From: Geopsychrobacteraceae bacterium
GTDB taxonomy: Bacteria > Desulfobacterota > Desulfuromonadia > Desulfuromonadales > Geopsychrobacteraceae
Length of the DNA stretch: 64,000 nucleotides
NCBI GenBank assembly: GCA_963662315.1
Contig: OY759353.1
Location: 1,568,001 to 1,632,000 of the forward strand
Direction of reading: 5' to 3'
Positions 9,735-21,934 of this stretch are shown piece after piece; positions within the stretch are counted from its first letter, which is position 1; every line of letters starts with the position of its first letter. The translations under genes were made by a program, and so were the position numbers. The notes under the pieces were generated by a model. The model saw only the letters and a list, made by a program, of their open reading frames with translations. It was not told the DNA's origin and did not search any database.

Positions 9735-11116
9735 AGTTGGGGCTCCTTTGCTTTAAGCAGCTCAGCAACCTGCCCGCACACCTGATTAACACTTCCGGCA
9801 CCTAGGGTTATCAGCATGTCCCCTGCTCCCAGAATGCTTGCTGCGTGGGCACTGACCTCCTCAAGAGTTGCCAGATAGGTGACATCCTTATGGCCGTGAC
9901 TGGTAATGCCTGCGGCCAGCGCTTCTGCTGTGGCACCGTCAATAGGAGTTTCTCCTGCCGCGTAAACATCCGTTACGATTAAGACGTCGGCCTGATAGAA
10001 AGCTGTCAAGAATTCCTGAAACAAGGCTTGCGTACGGCTGTAACGATGGGGCTGAAATACAGCGACGATCCGCTTATTCCAACCGCTTTTGGCCGCGGCG
10101 AGGGTCGCACGTATTTCGGCCGGATGATGGCCGTAATCATCTATGATCATGATGCCATCGACTTCATCACGCACCTGGAAGCGCCGCTGCAAGCCACCAA
10201 AATTTCTGAATCCTCCGACAATAGTCTGAAATGGAATTTCCAGCTCGTGGGCAACCGCAATAACGGCCAGTGCATTAAGCACATTATGTGATCCCGGCAT
10301 ACGGAAGGAAACCCGCCCTAACTCTTGGCCTTGATGATAGGCAATAAAGCTGGTGCGCCCCTGGCGATGAGTTATCTCTTCAGCATAAAAATCCGCCTGT
10401 GACGAAAAACCATAGGTTGTGAAACGTTTCTTAACCTTGGGCAGAATCTCCTGAATGTTGCGATCTTCAAGGCATAAAACAGCTCTGCCGTAAAACGGGA
10501 CCTTATTGATAAAATCGACAAATATCTGTTTGATTTCTTCAATGCCGGAGTAATAGTCGAGATGATCCTCATCGATATTGGTGACAACGGCGATGGTCGG
10601 TGACAGATGCATAAAAGAACCATCTGATTCATCAGCTTCAGCGACCAGAAACTTACCGCGACCCAATTTCGCATTGGACCCAAAGGCGTCAAGCTTGCCG
10701 CCAATGACAGCGGTTGGGTCAATACCTGCGTGAAACAGAATAAGCGCCATCATGCTGGTGGTTGTGGTTTTCCCATGAGTACCCGCAATCGCTATGCCAT
10801 ACTTCATGCGCATTAATTCAGCTAACATCTCTGCGCGTGGAATAACGGCAATGTGGCGCTTATTTGCTTCTACAACTTCAGGATTATCAGCCTTGACGGC
10901 CGTCGAAGTGACAACGACATCAACCTCTTGAATGTTTTCGGCCTGGTGCCCGATCATGATTTCACCACCAAGGTCAGCCAGACGGCGTGTTGTATCTGAG
11001 TCACGCAAGTCGGAGCCGGATACACGGTAGCCTTGATTGAGCAATAGTTCTGCGATCCCGCTCATACCGATGCCACCAATGCCGACAAAATGAATTTTCT
11101 TAATGCGTCCGTACAT
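9731..11116 (-). CDS. murC: UDP-N-acetylmuramate--L-alanine ligase
   Basis: [29 protein letters not shown]. Start trimmed to MYGRIKK. Confidence 0.98.
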   Translation of the reverse strand: MYGRIKKIHFVGIGGIGMSGIAELLLNQGYRVSGSDLRDSDTTRRLADLGGEIMIGHQAENIQEVDVVVTSTAVKADNPEVVEANKRHIAVIPRAEMLAELMRMKYGIAIAGTHGKTTTTSMMALILFHAGIDPTAVIGGKLDAFGSNAKLGRGKFLVAEADESDGSFMHLSPTIAVVTNIDEDHLDYYSGIEEIKQIFVDFINKVPFYGRAVLCLEDRNIQEILPKVKKRFTTYGFSSQADFYAEEITHRQGRTSFIAYHQGQELGRVSFRMPGSHNVLNALAVIAVAHELEIPFQTIVGGFRNFGGLQRRFQVRDEVDGIMIIDDYGHHPAEIRATLAAAKSGWNKRIVAVFQPHRYSRTQALFQEFLTAFYQADVLIVTDVYAAGETPIDGATAEALAAGITSHGHKDVTYLATLEEVSAHAASILGAGDMLITLGAGSVNQVCGQVAELLKAKEPQL

Positions 11117-11130
11117 TGCTTGTCTCCGTT

Positions 11131-12207
11131 TTATCCCATCCCCGTAAGGGTTCGACATTCAGTCAATATTTTCGCTGCCGCGCCTGGTTTACCAAGCTCC
11201 CGGCCACATTCAGCCATCAGGTGTAAACGCTCACGATCACTGAACAGTATTTCTATCTTCATCGCCAAGGTCTGCGCGTCCATATCTTTTTGCAGCAGGA
11301 CGTCTACTGCTCCGGCACTTTCTAAGGCCCTGGCATTAGCTGTCTGATGATCAGCTGCCGCATAAGGAAACGGAATCAGGATAGCTGGACGCCCGGCTAC
11401 GGCCAGTTCGGCCAGCGTCGTTGCACCAGCACGGCAAACAACCAGGCTTGCTTCGCTATAAGCAGCAGCCATATCGTCGATAAACGGAACAACCTGGGCG
11501 GCATCGAGACCCGCCTTTTGGTATGCATCCCTGACTTGAGCGAAATCTTCATCACCCGTCTGATGATACAGTTGTGGTCGGTCTGGCCATTCTTTCAAAA
11601 GAGGCAACATTGCAATCACGGCCTGATTAATGGCACGTGCACCACGGCTGCCGCCAAAAATCAGCAATTTACCAGGCTCTGGCAGTTCAGGCGTCACTTG
11701 TTCCAGCCCTTTACGCAGGGGATTACCGGTAACAATTGTGCGCTCGGTCGGAAATCCATGACCACTTTCAGGAAACGATATAAATATTTTGCTCGCGCCT
11801 TTGGCCAACAACCGGTTACTCAGCCCTGGTTGAGCGTTCTGCTCGTGGATTACATAGGGAATCCCAGCCAGCCTGGCGGCAATTAAAACCGGCACCGAGG
11901 CATAGCCTCCTACCCCCACGACGATGTCGGGTCTGAACTGCTTCAAAATTGTTCGCGCCTGCCCCAAACTCTTATAGAGCTTAGGCAACAGCTCAAAGCG
12001 TCCTTGCCATCCCCTGCCGACCACTCCCACCATATCGACTGTTTCCAAGGCAAACCCCAACTTCGGGATCAGGCGCTGTTCCAGGCCGTGCTCAGTACCG
12101 ACAAACAGGACGCTGGCCTGAGGGTCCTGGTCAAGCAGTTCCTGGGCCAATGCGACAGCCGGAAACAAGTGACCACCGGTCCCACCGCCGGCAAGCAACA
12201 ATTTCAT
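11131..12207 (-). CDS. murG: Lipid II GlcNAc transferase MurG
   Basis: [25 protein letters not shown]. The start overlaps the ftsW stop (ATGA). Confidence 0.97.
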   Translation of the reverse strand: MKLLLAGGGTGGHLFPAVALAQELLDQDPQASVLFVGTEHGLEQRLIPKLGFALETVDMVGVVGRGWQGRFELLPKLYKSLGQARTILKQFRPDIVVGVGGYASVPVLIAARLAGIPYVIHEQNAQPGLSNRLLAKGASKIFISFPESGHGFPTERTIVTGNPLRKGLEQVTPELPEPGKLLIFGGSRGARAINQAVIAMLPLLKEWPDRPQLYHQTGDEDFAQVRDAYQKAGLDAAQVVPFIDDMAAAYSEASLVVCRAGATTLAELAVAGRPAILIPFPYAAADHQTANARALESAGAVDVLLQKDMDAQTLAMKIEILFSDRERLHLMAECGRELGKPGAAAKILTECRTLTGMG

Positions 12208-13304
12208 TGTACCCTCCCGGTTGTGGAGGAAATATTGAGCAGAATGCCGACTTCGACCAGACACACGATCAAACTGGTTCCACCGAATGAAATAAATGGC
12301 AGAGCCAAGCCCTTGGTCGGCAGCAATCCCATGCAGACCGACAGGTTCACAAACGCTTCCAGCCCTAAAAGCAGGCTTAATCCGAAGGCAAGGTTACGAC
12401 CGAAGGGATCCTGGCAGTTCAAGGCAATCTTAATCCCGCACAGCACGAGAGTCAGGAACAGGGCAGCAACCACGACAACCCCAATCAGGCCAAGTTCTTC
12501 ACCGATCACTGAGAAAATAAAATCGGTATGCGCCTCAGGAAGGTAGAAAAGCTTCTGCTCGCCAATCCCCAGACCCTGTCCGAAGATGCCCCCTTTACCA
12601 AACGCAACCAGGCTTTGTATGATCTGGAATCCGGTATTAAAGGGGTCATCCCAGGGATCCAGAAAAGCCATGATCCGGCGCCGGCGATAGTCAACCTGCA
12701 TGACCAGTAGATACAGAACCGGTAAGGACATCAGCACGGTTGGCAGCAGGTACAACCAGCGCACTCCGGCAACGATCAACATACCAAAGGAAACACCGGC
12801 GATAATCATGGCACTGCCCAGATCAGGCTGTTTCAGCAGTATCAGCAACAGCACGCCAAGGACGATCATATAGGGAAGATATCCCTTGGATAAGGAACGG
12901 ACTTTTTCCTTTTTCCGGGTTAAGGAATGGGCCAGGTACAACACCATTGACAGCTTTACCAGCTCTGCCGGTTGCAGAGTAAAGCCGGGCAAACGCAGCC
13001 AGCGCATCGCTCCTCCGACTCGAATACCCAGTCCCGGGATAAAGAGCATCATCAGCAGGACGATACTGCTTAATAAACTTATTACCGCCAGTTTTCGCCA
13101 GTTTTCATACTTGAAGTAGGTGGCCCCGGCCATCATGACAAATCCGACCAGGGTATAAACCAGTTGCCTTTTGAGGAAGTAGAAACCATCATGAAAACGT
13201 TCAGCCGCCATAATCGCAGAAGACGAATAGACCATAACGACCCCGATGCAGGTCAACGCTACGGTCACCACCAATACCGAAGTATCAACCTCACGCCTTA
13301 TCAT
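12204..13304 (-). CDS. ftsW: SEDS peptidoglycan polymerase FtsW
   Basis: QPAELVK, QPDLG, LPEAHTDFIF, LPFISFGG. Start trimmed to MIRREVD. Confidence 0.96.
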   Translation of the reverse strand: MIRREVDTSVLVVTVALTCIGVVMVYSSSAIMAAERFHDGFYFLKRQLVYTLVGFVMMAGATYFKYENWRKLAVISLLSSIVLLMMLFIPGLGIRVGGAMRWLRLPGFTLQPAELVKLSMVLYLAHSLTRKKEKVRSLSKGYLPYMIVLGVLLLILLKQPDLGSAMIIAGVSFGMLIVAGVRWLYLLPTVLMSLPVLYLLVMQVDYRRRRIMAFLDPWDDPFNTGFQIIQSLVAFGKGGIFGQGLGIGEQKLFYLPEAHTDFIFSVIGEELGLIGVVVVAALFLTLVLCGIKIALNCQDPFGRNLAFGLSLLLGLEAFVNLSVCMGLLPTKGLALPFISFGGTSLIVCLVEVGILLNISSTTGRVQ

Positions 13305-14661
13305 CACTGGCTCCTGCGGTAGGTAAGGCGTTAACCAGGCGGGCAAAATCCCGTCCGCGTTCCTGATAGTTCTTATACATGTCGTAGCTGGAGCAGGCCG
13401 GAGATAACAATACATCGCACCCTGGCCCCGTCAGTGCGTAGGCCAGCCTTACCGCAGTCTTCATATCCGACGCCAAACGTATCTCGCAGCAGCCAGCCAG
13501 CTCTGCTGCCATATTTTGAGCTGCATTACCAATCAGGATCAGATGTTTGACTTTTTCTTTAATAAGGGGTTTCAGGGGGGCATAGGACGACCCTTTATGA
13601 ACCCCACCGGCAATCAGGGTGGCATCATTGTTGAGGCCGGCGATACTCTTAACGACACTGGCCACATTGGTGCCCTTTGAATCGTTTATCCAGCGCACGC
13701 CATTAACCTCGCGGATGAACTCCATGCGATGCTCTAGGCCCTGAAAACTTGCGACAGCGGGCCAGCATTGCTCGCTGTCACAGCCGGCAACAAGTACTGC
13801 AGCCAATGCTGCCATGACATTTTCAATATTATGTTCACCCTGCAAAGGGAAACGATCCAGGTTAAAAACAACGGATTGATCCTGCCAGTTCCAGATCAAC
13901 TCGGATTCCTTACGGATCATCCCCTGCACCTTCTTGCCTGAGGCAGAAAACCACACCTTCGTTGCCGCTATCCCCTGCGTCAGACGGCATACTTCAGCGT
14001 CATCAGCGTTCAGAATGGCAAAGTCGTCGCAGGTCATATTGCGGAACAGATTCAGCTTGGCCTGATAATAACTCTCCAGATCCCGATAGCGATCAAGATG
14101 ATCCGGGGTCAGATTAAGCAGAAGACCTATTGCCGGATGAAAGCGATCAATGGTTTCCAACTGGAAGGATGACAGTTCAACGACAACGCTATCAAAGTCA
14201 TCCGTACAGGCCGCAACCAAAGGCGTGCCGAGATTTCCTCCGGTAAATACCCGCTGACCACAACTTGAAAGAAAATGCCCGATCAGGCTGGTTGTCGTTG
14301 ATTTGCCATTGGTCCCGGTAATACCGATTATCGGTGCACTGATTTCGCGCCCAGCCAATTCGACTTCTCCCCAGACCGGGATATTACAGGAACGAGCTCG
14401 CTGCACGGGCGCGATTGTCTGCGGGACACCGGGACTTAAAGCAATTAAATCTGCCTGTTCAAACAGCTCAAGAGTATGACCACCAAAATCTTTGCGGATC
14501 GGAAGCTGAAGCAGAGATTCGATCCCGGCGATCTCCTTCTCCTTGCGGTAGTCTGATAACGCAACAGTTGCACCGCGCTCCAGCAGAAAGCGCACCAGCG
14601 CCTGACCACTCAGGCCTGCGCCGACAACAACCACACGTTTATTAGTAAAATTCTGTTTCAT
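13291..14661 (-). CDS. murD: UDP-MurNAc-L-Ala--D-glutamate ligase
   Basis: [31 protein letters not shown]. Start trimmed to MKQNF. Confidence 0.97.
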   Translation of the reverse strand: MKQNFTNKRVVVVGAGLSGQALVRFLLERGATVALSDYRKEKEIAGIESLLQLPIRKDFGGHTLELFEQADLIALSPGVPQTIAPVQRARSCNIPVWGEVELAGREISAPIIGITGTNGKSTTTSLIGHFLSSCGQRVFTGGNLGTPLVAACTDDFDSVVVELSSFQLETIDRFHPAIGLLLNLTPDHLDRYRDLESYYQAKLNLFRNMTCDDFAILNADDAEVCRLTQGIAATKVWFSASGKKVQGMIRKESELIWNWQDQSVVFNLDRFPLQGEHNIENVMAALAAVLVAGCDSEQCWPAVASFQGLEHRMEFIREVNGVRWINDSKGTNVASVVKSIAGLNNDATLIAGGVHKGSSYAPLKPLIKEKVKHLILIGNAAQNMAAELAGCCEIRLASDMKTAVRLAYALTGPGCDVLLSPACSSYDMYKNYQERGRDFARLVNALPTAGASDDKA

Positions 14662-15734
14662 CGCAATTTCAATGTCGACAAGGCAATCAGAGCCAGGATA
14701 ATGCTGATAATCCAGAACCTGACTATTATCTTGGGTTCCGGCCACCCTTTCAGCTCAAAGTGGTGGTGAATAGGGGCCATGCGAAATACCCGCCGTCCCC
14801 AGTATCTGAAGGATGTGACCTGAACAATTACCGAGAGGGCTTCGATAACGAAAATCCCCCCGACGATGACCAGCAGGAACTCATTTTTGGTGATAACCGC
14901 GACAACACCAAGAGCCCCCCCCAGTGACAGGCTACCAACATCGCCCATGAAGACCTGGGCAGGATAACTGTTGAACCACAAAAATCCGAGGCCAGCCCCA
15001 ACCATGGCCCCACACAAGATTGCCAGTTCACCGGCCCCTTGAATGCTGGTGATTTGCAGATAGTTTGCAAGTTTGGCATTACCAGCCAGGTAGGCCAGCA
15101 TCAGAAAGGTTCCTGCGGCAATGATCATCGGCCCGATAGCCAGGCCATCGAGACCATCGGTCAGATTCACAGCGTTGCTGGCACCAACCATGACCAGTAT
15201 GGCAAAGGGTACGTAAAAGATACCCAGGTCGGGATTGACATTTTTTAAAAAAGGCACACTCAGGTGCGTATCAAAACCGGCACTAAAATAGAGCAGCAGC
15301 GCAGCAGCTGTGGCAATAACAATCTGCCAGAACATTTTTTGCCGGGCCGAAATACCGTCACTGTTTTTTCTTACGACTTTCAGATAGTCATCAATAAATC
15401 CGACAGCGCCATAGCCAGCCGTGACCAGCAGCGTCACCCATATGTACAGGTTGCTTAAATCAGCCCATAACAATGTCGGAAGAATAATGGCCAACAGAAT
15501 CATTGCCCCACCCATGGTTGGGGTTCCTTCTTTCACAAAATGGGACTCCGGTCCGACTTTGCGGATCGACTGTCCGATCTGCAGCCGTTGTAACGTCGCT
15601 ATCAGCCATGGACCCAGCATGAATGAGATCATCAGCGCTGTTATCGTTGCGTAAATGGTCCTGAAAGTGATGTAGCGAAAAACGTACAGCACGGAGTATT
15701 CGGTATGTAATGGGTACAAGAGGTGGTATAGCAC
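14658..15734 (-). CDS. mraY: Phospho-MurNAc-pentapeptide transferase
   Basis: [30 protein letters not shown]. Confidence 0.98.
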   Translation of the reverse strand: MLYHLLYPLHTEYSVLYVFRYITFRTIYATITALMISFMLGPWLIATLQRLQIGQSIRKVGPESHFVKEGTPTMGGAMILLAIILPTLLWADLSNLYIWVTLLVTAGYGAVGFIDDYLKVVRKNSDGISARQKMFWQIVIATAAALLLYFSAGFDTHLSVPFLKNVNPDLGIFYVPFAILVMVGASNAVNLTDGLDGLAIGPMIIAAGTFLMLAYLAGNAKLANYLQITSIQGAGELAILCGAMVGAGLGFLWFNSYPAQVFMGDVGSLSLGGALGVVAVITKNEFLLVIVGGIFVIEALSVIVQVTSFRYWGRRVFRMAPIHHHFELKGWPEPKIIVRFWIISIILALIALSTLKLR

Positions 15735-15737
15735 CTG

Positions 15738-17135
15738 TCATTCCCCTTTCTGACTATCTAAGAAAGTATCGTTGGCAGGAGCCTTTAGTGCAGCAACCAC
15801 CTTATCAAGACGAATGCCCCGTGAGCCTTTAACCAGAATCATGTCCCCTGAGCGTTGTTCTTCTTTTAAAAAAGCTGCCGCCGTATCAGCATCCGCTTTC
15901 ACAACGACCTGTTTCGGGTTTAATCCAGCATTTGTCGCACCGCGTTTCAGATCATCAGCAAATGAGCCAACAGCAATGAGCAGATCAACGATGGGGGCAC
16001 TGGCTGCCCCTAACTGCTCATGAAGTGATGCGGAATCCGAACCGAGTTCCAGCATATCGCCAAGCACTGCAATTCGTCTGCCACGCCCCCGGAAGTTGGC
16101 AAGTGCGTCTAACGCAGCGCGTGCTGACAATGGATTCGAATTATAACTGTCATCCAGCAGGATTCCGCCACATGGCAGGGGATTCAAATCCATCCGCCCC
16201 TGAGCCGCCTTAAAGGACTCAAGACCTGCTTTGATCTGTAAAACAGGGACCTCGCTTTCGAATGCAGCGGCAGCTGCAGCAAGAGCATTATGGACATTGT
16301 GGACACCCGGTATCGGCAGAGTCACCGCTACAATGTCATCATTTATACACAGCTCAAACTGGGTTGAATCATCGGCACTAATAACATTCTGGGCACGCAC
16401 CTGAGCTTTTTGATTGAGACCGTAGGTTATTTTTTTAACCCCGTTGGCAACCGGCAGACGCGCGACCCGCTCATCATCCAGATTGATAACTGCAGCACCA
16501 CCCTGAAGACCGGCAAACAACTCTCCTTTCGCCCTGGCGACACCGTCCAGCCCCTGTAGCGTTTCGAGGTGCGCCGGACCAACATTGGTTATAATGCCAA
16601 TGGTTGGCTGAGCGATCTGCGTCAGGCGCTCAATTTCGCCCAGTGCACTAGTTCCCATTTCAACAACGGCCCATTGGTCATGGGGGGTCATGCGTAACAG
16701 GGTTAAAGGCAGACCGATTAAATTATTGAAGTTCCCTGCAGTCTTTAATCCCGGCCCGGTTTTTTCATAGATACTCGCCAGCATTTCTTTGGTCGTTGTT
16801 TTGCCAGCCGAGCCGGTAATACCCACCAACGGACCCCGCAGCTGCTGCCGCCACACTGAAGCAATATCTCCGAGAGCCTTAAGAGTATTAGCAACCCTGA
16901 CCACCGGTACGCTCAAGCCGGCGATCACTTCTTCACTCAGACAGGCCGCCGCTCCGTTCGTTACCGCCTGACTCAGGTAGTCATGACCATCAAAGCGCTC
17001 ACCACGCAGCGGAATAAACAGTGCCCCAGGTTCCATACTGCGACTATCAGTTGAGATGCCGGAAATTGGGCAGGCTCCTTTTTTACCGGAGACTGTGCCG
17101 CCTGTAATTGTCGCGATCCGATCAAGATCAAACAT
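15738..17135 (-). CDS. murF: UDP-MurNAc-tripeptide--D-Ala-D-Ala ligase
   Basis: TGSAGKTTTKE, GNFNNLIG, DDSYNSNP, GDMLELG. Confidence 0.97.
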   Translation of the reverse strand: MFDLDRIATITGGTVSGKKGACPISGISTDSRSMEPGALFIPLRGERFDGHDYLSQAVTNGAAACLSEEVIAGLSVPVVRVANTLKALGDIASVWRQQLRGPLVGITGSAGKTTTKEMLASIYEKTGPGLKTAGNFNNLIGLPLTLLRMTPHDQWAVVEMGTSALGEIERLTQIAQPTIGIITNVGPAHLETLQGLDGVARAKGELFAGLQGGAAVINLDDERVARLPVANGVKKITYGLNQKAQVRAQNVISADDSTQFELCINDDIVAVTLPIPGVHNVHNALAAAAAAFESEVPVLQIKAGLESFKAAQGRMDLNPLPCGGILLDDSYNSNPLSARAALDALANFRGRGRRIAVLGDMLELGSDSASLHEQLGAASAPIVDLLIAVGSFADDLKRGATNAGLNPKQVVVKADADTAAAFLKEEQRSGDMILVKGSRGIRLDKVVAALKAPANDTFLDSQKGE

Positions 17136-18657
17136 GGGAACCGGCCTTCACATCCGAAGAAGAACAAGGTACGGCCAAGGCTCTGGCTAATTCTTCACGA
17201 TCATCAAAATGAATCTTAGTTCTCCCCAGAATCTGATAGTCCTCATGCCCCTTACCGGCGACCAGCAGCAGATCACCAGCTTCTGCGACCCGGCAGGCAA
17301 ACGTGATTGCGCTGCGCCGGTCGGGAAGCATTACAAAACCATCCTGTCCTGCCAGCGCCTCAGCTTCCGATAATTCCGGGACACCGGTCTCCAATGCACC
17401 TTGTTTAATCTGGTCAAGAATTGCTAATGGATCCTCGGTACGTGGATTATCTGAAGTAAAAATAGTTAATTGAGAGTAGCGGATGGCTGCTTTCGCCATA
17501 ACCGGGCGTTTTGACGGATCCCGATCGCCCCCGCAACCAACCACAGTTATGCATCTGGAATGCTCAAGGTTCACCAGTGTTTTCAAAACCTGTTCCAGGG
17601 CGTCCCCGGTATGTGCGTAATCAACCAGAGCAAGAACTCCGCGGGAATTCGGAACCACCTCAACCCGTCCCGGCACCTGCTTCATATTTTGCAGTCCACG
17701 AGTAATTACGGCAGCATCAATTCCAAGTTGTTGACTTACCGCTACCGCGGCCAGCAGGTTACTGACGTTAAAGTCTCCGATCAGAGAGCTGTCAACCTGC
17801 AAGGGGCCATAAGCGCCTGAAATGGCACCATGAATACCGTCACGACTGACACAGACATCTTCAACCGTTACATCTGCTTCAGCATAACGACCGAAAGATG
17901 TCAAAGAAGGAATTTCCGACAATAGTCGGCGACCGTAAACATCATCGGCATTTGCTACGCCCTTCCCTCCATTAAGCAGGTCACTGAACAAACGTTTTTT
18001 ACTCAGGTAATAGTCTTCAAGGGTTTTATGGTAATCGAGATGCTCTGCAGTCAGATTAGTAAATGCGACGGCATCGAACTCAACACCATCTGCACGGTGC
18101 TGTTCCAGTGCATGGGAAGAAACTTCAAGGATAAAGGCGTTCGCCCCCTGTTCCCGGAAATCACGCATCATGCTGATCAGTTCAAGAGATTCAGGGGTGG
18201 TATGGGAAGAGGCCAGACGCTTATCACCGCAACGATATTCGATGGTTCCAAAAACAGCGGGATTATAGCCAGCCTCTTTGAGGATAGCTTCGATCAGGTA
18301 GGTAATAGTCGTCTTGCCATTAGTCCCAGTAATTCCTATCGTAGGAACGCCCTTACTCGGATGCCCATAGTATACGGCCCCCATACGAGCCATGGCCATA
18401 CGCGCATTGGCAACCTTGATGAAGGAGACGCCCGACGCATCCACAAGCGGATCATGTTCACTGACAATCGCCGTAGCACCTTGTTCGAGAGCCTGAGGAA
18501 TAAACCTGGCACCGTCAACATTTACCCCTGGCAAGGCAAAGAACAGACTCCCGGATGTCACCTGACGGGAATCGTATGCCAGACCCGTTATTTCGAGCTC
18601 CTGTTCACCGATCACCGTTACCGGCTGAACCACTGCAAGCATATCCTTTAAATTCAT
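17128..18657 (-). CDS. murE: UDP-MurNAc-dipeptide--meso-DAP ligase
   Basis: GTNGKTT, EVSSH, VDYAHT, DNPR (meso-DAP specificity), AGKGHE. Confidence 0.97.
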   Translation of the reverse strand: MNLKDMLAVVQPVTVIGEQELEITGLAYDSRQVTSGSLFFALPGVNVDGARFIPQALEQGATAIVSEHDPLVDASGVSFIKVANARMAMARMGAVYYGHPSKGVPTIGITGTNGKTTITYLIEAILKEAGYNPAVFGTIEYRCGDKRLASSHTTPESLELISMMRDFREQGANAFILEVSSHALEQHRADGVEFDAVAFTNLTAEHLDYHKTLEDYYLSKKRLFSDLLNGGKGVANADDVYGRRLLSEIPSLTSFGRYAEADVTVEDVCVSRDGIHGAISGAYGPLQVDSSLIGDFNVSNLLAAVAVSQQLGIDAAVITRGLQNMKQVPGRVEVVPNSRGVLALVDYAHTGDALEQVLKTLVNLEHSRCITVVGCGGDRDPSKRPVMAKAAIRYSQLTIFTSDNPRTEDPLAILDQIKQGALETGVPELSEAEALAGQDGFVMLPDRRSAITFACRVAEAGDLLLVAGKGHEDYQILGRTKIHFDDREELARALAVPCSSSDVKAGSHV

Positions 18658-18682
18658 ACGCTTTTCCTATCGATGAATCCCG

Positions 18683-20635
18683 TTATGCCCCAAACTTAAT
18701 CCAGGCTTCCTTACCATAAGGAATGGACTTGCCCGCAGCAGGATACTGATCTACAGCATGTCCGCTTCCGGAAAGTTTGAGGTTCAGCTTCTTTTCCTGC
18801 ATCGCTCTTAATACCTGGCGATAACTCATGCCCTTGAAATTTGGCATTATCAAACCATCATTCTCAGCAACATCCGGCAGCAAAGGCACCAAGTCCGGGA
18901 GCGGTTCAATATTTGTCATATCCTTAGCCAAGGCTTCAACCGAGCCTTTAGGTAACACGTTAAGATGGCTCAGGGCTTGTCCAGCCACGTGGGAAAAGAC
19001 CGGTGCCGCTACGACACCGCCATAGGTGTCGCCTTTGGGCTCATCAATGACCACAGCCATGACGATTGCCGGATTATCAGCAGGGACAAAACCAACGAAA
19101 GAAGAGACCCTTTTATCAATGGAGTAGCCACCGGTGACAGGATCAACCTTCTGAGCGGTTCCGGTTTTGCCTGCGACAGCGTAACCCGGCACTGCAGCCT
19201 TGGTCCCTGTCCCCCCGGCCTCGGTTACACTTACCAGCATATCCCTGATCAGACCGGCGTTTTTTTCTGAAATGACCCGGTGCCTGACTTCCGGTAAATG
19301 TTGTGAAACCACATGACCTTCGTCATCGGTCACTTTTTCAACAAGATACGGTTCAACCAACAGGCCGCCATTGGCAAAGACTGCCGTTGCCGTCACCAGT
19401 TGAATCGGGGTAATGCTTAACGCCTGCCCAAACGAAATAGCCGCAAGATCAATTTCAAACCAGTCAGAAGGTCCCCTCAGTAATCCCCCGGCCTCTCCGG
19501 GCAGATCGATGCCGGTCTTTTCTCCAAAACCAAAATCGCGGATATACTGATAAAGACGCTCCCGTTCCAGAGCCTTGCCGATCTTCGCAATACCAATATT
19601 GCTACTGAACTTCAGGATTTCTTCGACACTCAGTTTTTTATATTTTTTATGGTCGTGGATGGTTTTTCCACCGACCGTGTAGCGTCCATTTTCGCAATAG
19701 ATCTTCTGCCCGACTCGTACCAACCCTTCTTCAAGGGCGCCCGCCAGCACAAACGGCTTAAATGTGGATCCAGGCTCATACATGTCGGTCACCGCCCTGT
19801 CACGCCGGGCACTGGCACGATATTTTCCCGGCATATTCGGGTTGTAATCGGGATAACTGGCTAGGGCCAAAATGCGACCACTGGCTGGTTCCATCATAAC
19901 GATCGTTCCACCAGCAGCACCATTTTCCTTGACCGTTTGCTTAAGCTCTTTTTCAGCGACAAACTGCAGGGAACGATCGAGGGTCAGAAACAGATTATTC
20001 CCGGGCTGCCCCCCCTGGACTGATTGCTCCTCAGAGGCCAGGCCACGCCCGCGGGCATCATGAAAGGTATGCAGGCGACCAGGTTCCCCCTGCAAGGCCT
20101 GATCATACTCCAGCTCGATCCCTTCCAGCCCGTTAGGATCAAGACCGGTGAAGCCGAGCACGTGTGATGCGGTATTGGCTTGAGGATAATAACGCTTACG
20201 TTCAGTGACAAAATGCAGACCGTCAATTTTCAAATCTTTGATCTGCTTGGCCAAGGCAGGTTCCATCTTACGCTGCAACCAGACGAAACGCTTCTTGCCA
20301 CTAAGTTGTTTGGTTATTTCTTTTTGGGGGCTATCGAGTAGTGGGGCCAGCTTAGCAGCTGCATCAGCGGGATCCTTCACCAGCACCGGGTCGGCATATA
20401 AAGATTCAGCAGCAAGACTGACGGCCAGAGGATCCCCATTGCGATCAAAAATACTGCCACGCTGAGGAGCCAGCTTAACAACACGGGAGCGCTGCTGATC
20501 AGCCCGCTCCTGCAGCTCTGGAGCATGAACTATCTGCAAAAAACACGCACGACTGACCACGGCAACAAACAGCAGGACAAAAAACACCGCAAAGATACGG
20601 ATACGGATCTGAATACCGCGTTCCGTTAACGCCAT
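18683..20635 (-). CDS. ftsI: Penicillin-binding protein 3 (FtsI) with C-terminal PASTA domain
   Basis: EPGSTFK (SxxK), SSN, KTGT; PASTA-like MPNFKGMS...DQYPAAG. Confidence 0.96.
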   Translation of the reverse strand: MALTERGIQIRIRIFAVFFVLLFVAVVSRACFLQIVHAPELQERADQQRSRVVKLAPQRGSIFDRNGDPLAVSLAAESLYADPVLVKDPADAAAKLAPLLDSPQKEITKQLSGKKRFVWLQRKMEPALAKQIKDLKIDGLHFVTERKRYYPQANTASHVLGFTGLDPNGLEGIELEYDQALQGEPGRLHTFHDARGRGLASEEQSVQGGQPGNNLFLTLDRSLQFVAEKELKQTVKENGAAGGTIVMMEPASGRILALASYPDYNPNMPGKYRASARRDRAVTDMYEPGSTFKPFVLAGALEEGLVRVGQKIYCENGRYTVGGKTIHDHKKYKKLSVEEILKFSSNIGIAKIGKALERERLYQYIRDFGFGEKTGIDLPGEAGGLLRGPSDWFEIDLAAISFGQALSITPIQLVTATAVFANGGLLVEPYLVEKVTDDEGHVVSQHLPEVRHRVISEKNAGLIRDMLVSVTEAGGTGTKAAVPGYAVAGKTGTAQKVDPVTGGYSIDKRVSSFVGFVPADNPAIVMAVVIDEPKGDTYGGVVAAPVFSHVAGQALSHLNVLPKGSVEALAKDMTNIEPLPDLVPLLPDVAENDGLIMPNFKGMSYRQVLRAMQEKKLNLKLSGSGHAVDQYPAAGKSIPYGKEAWIKFGA

Positions 20636-20636
20636 A

Positions 20637-20954
20637 TCAGTCGACCCTTATCACTTGTCCAGGAGTGGGCGGGCGCAAGCCCAACTTGGTACGAGCAAGA
20701 CGTTCAATGCGCTCAACGCGTGATTGATAAGCCACCTCTAGCGTCATTTCCCGAATTACCTGCTGTTCGCTACGGATATTACGCTCCAGGCTGGATATTT
20801 CATACTCAAGGTTTATGGCATGGATACGTGACCAGACAAACAGCAGTGCCAACGATGACACCAGGACAATAGCCACCATGACCGGCAGCAATCGTGGCCG
20901 GCAAAGAGAAAATCCATCTATCTTAACTGTAGTTTGAGGCAAGACCTGCGACAT
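20637..20954 (-). CDS. ftsL: Cell division protein FtsL
   Basis: Small TM plus coiled coil ending RIERLARTKLGL; lies between rsmH and ftsI. Confidence 0.85.
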   Translation of the reverse strand: MSQVLPQTTVKIDGFSLCRPRLLPVMVAIVLVSSLALLFVWSRIHAINLEYEISSLERNIRSEQQVIREMTLEVAYQSRVERIERLARTKLGLRPPTPGQVIRVD

Positions 20955-20990
20955 TTCACGCCCCCTTTCTATGTTATGCCACTTCACAAT

Positions 20991-21932
20991 TCAGCAGCGT
21001 TCAACTGCTCTTAAAACCGCACTACGCGCACGGACATTCATTTCAATCTCCGCTTCACTTGCCTTAACCCCTTTACGGGTTAAAACTTTTACTTCGGGGA
21101 TTATGTTACACTGACAGATCGGCAGGCGTGGCGGGCAAATACACCCCTTTGCCTTATCACGAAACAATCGTTTTACAATCCGATCCTCCAAAGAATGAAA
21201 ACTGATTACAACCAGGCGCCCCCCGGGGTTAAGCAGTTCAATACCGGCCAGCACCCCTCGCTCCACTTGCCCCAGTTCATCATTGACCGCAATCCTCAGC
21301 GCCTGAAAAACCCGGGTAGCAGGATGAATTCGGCTGGGTCGCCGCCCTCCCGGTACGTTATCTCGTACCAACTCAGCCAACTCACCGGTACGCAGCAGTG
21401 GTTCCTGCACGCGGCGGGACAGAATTGCCCGCACAATACGCCGGCTGAAACGTTCTTCCCCATACTCAAAGAAGATTTTGACCAGCTCATCCTCTTCCCA
21501 GGTATTCAGGATATCGGCGGCTGTCAACCCGGCAGTCGGGTTCATTCGCATATCAAGAGGAGCATCGAAACGAAACGAAAAACCCCGTTCAGGAGTATCC
21601 AGCTGATGAGAGGACACGCCCAGATCAAGCAACATACCATCGATCCCGGACAACCCTAACCCACGCACGACAGCAGCCGCCTGATCAAAGGTTGCATGGT
21701 TAAGACTGATACGCTCAGCATACGGCGCAAGAACCTTGCCGGCAGCCGCCAATGCGGCGGGATCACGATCCAGCCCTATCAGCCGGGCCCCGGGAGCAGC
21801 ATCAAGGATCAGTCGCGCGTGGCCGGCGCCACCAAGGGTCCCGTCAAGATACCAGCCCTCCGACCGAGGAGCTAACCACTGCAACACCTCCTGCGGCATG
21901 ACCGACAGATGAGAAAACGCTCCGTTTGTCAT
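20991..21932 (-). CDS. rsmH: 16S rRNA m4C1402 methyltransferase RsmH
   Basis: DGTLGGAGH, DLGVSSHQLD, FQALRIAVNDEL, SFHSLEDR. Confidence 0.98.
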   Translation of the reverse strand: MTNGAFSHLSVMPQEVLQWLAPRSEGWYLDGTLGGAGHARLILDAAPGARLIGLDRDPAALAAAGKVLAPYAERISLNHATFDQAAAVVRGLGLSGIDGMLLDLGVSSHQLDTPERGFSFRFDAPLDMRMNPTAGLTAADILNTWEEDELVKIFFEYGEERFSRRIVRAILSRRVQEPLLRTGELAELVRDNVPGGRRPSRIHPATRVFQALRIAVNDELGQVERGVLAGIELLNPGGRLVVISFHSLEDRIVKRLFRDKAKGCICPPRLPICQCNIIPEVKVLTRKGVKASEAEIEMNVRARSAVLRAVERC

Positions 21933-21934
21933 AA

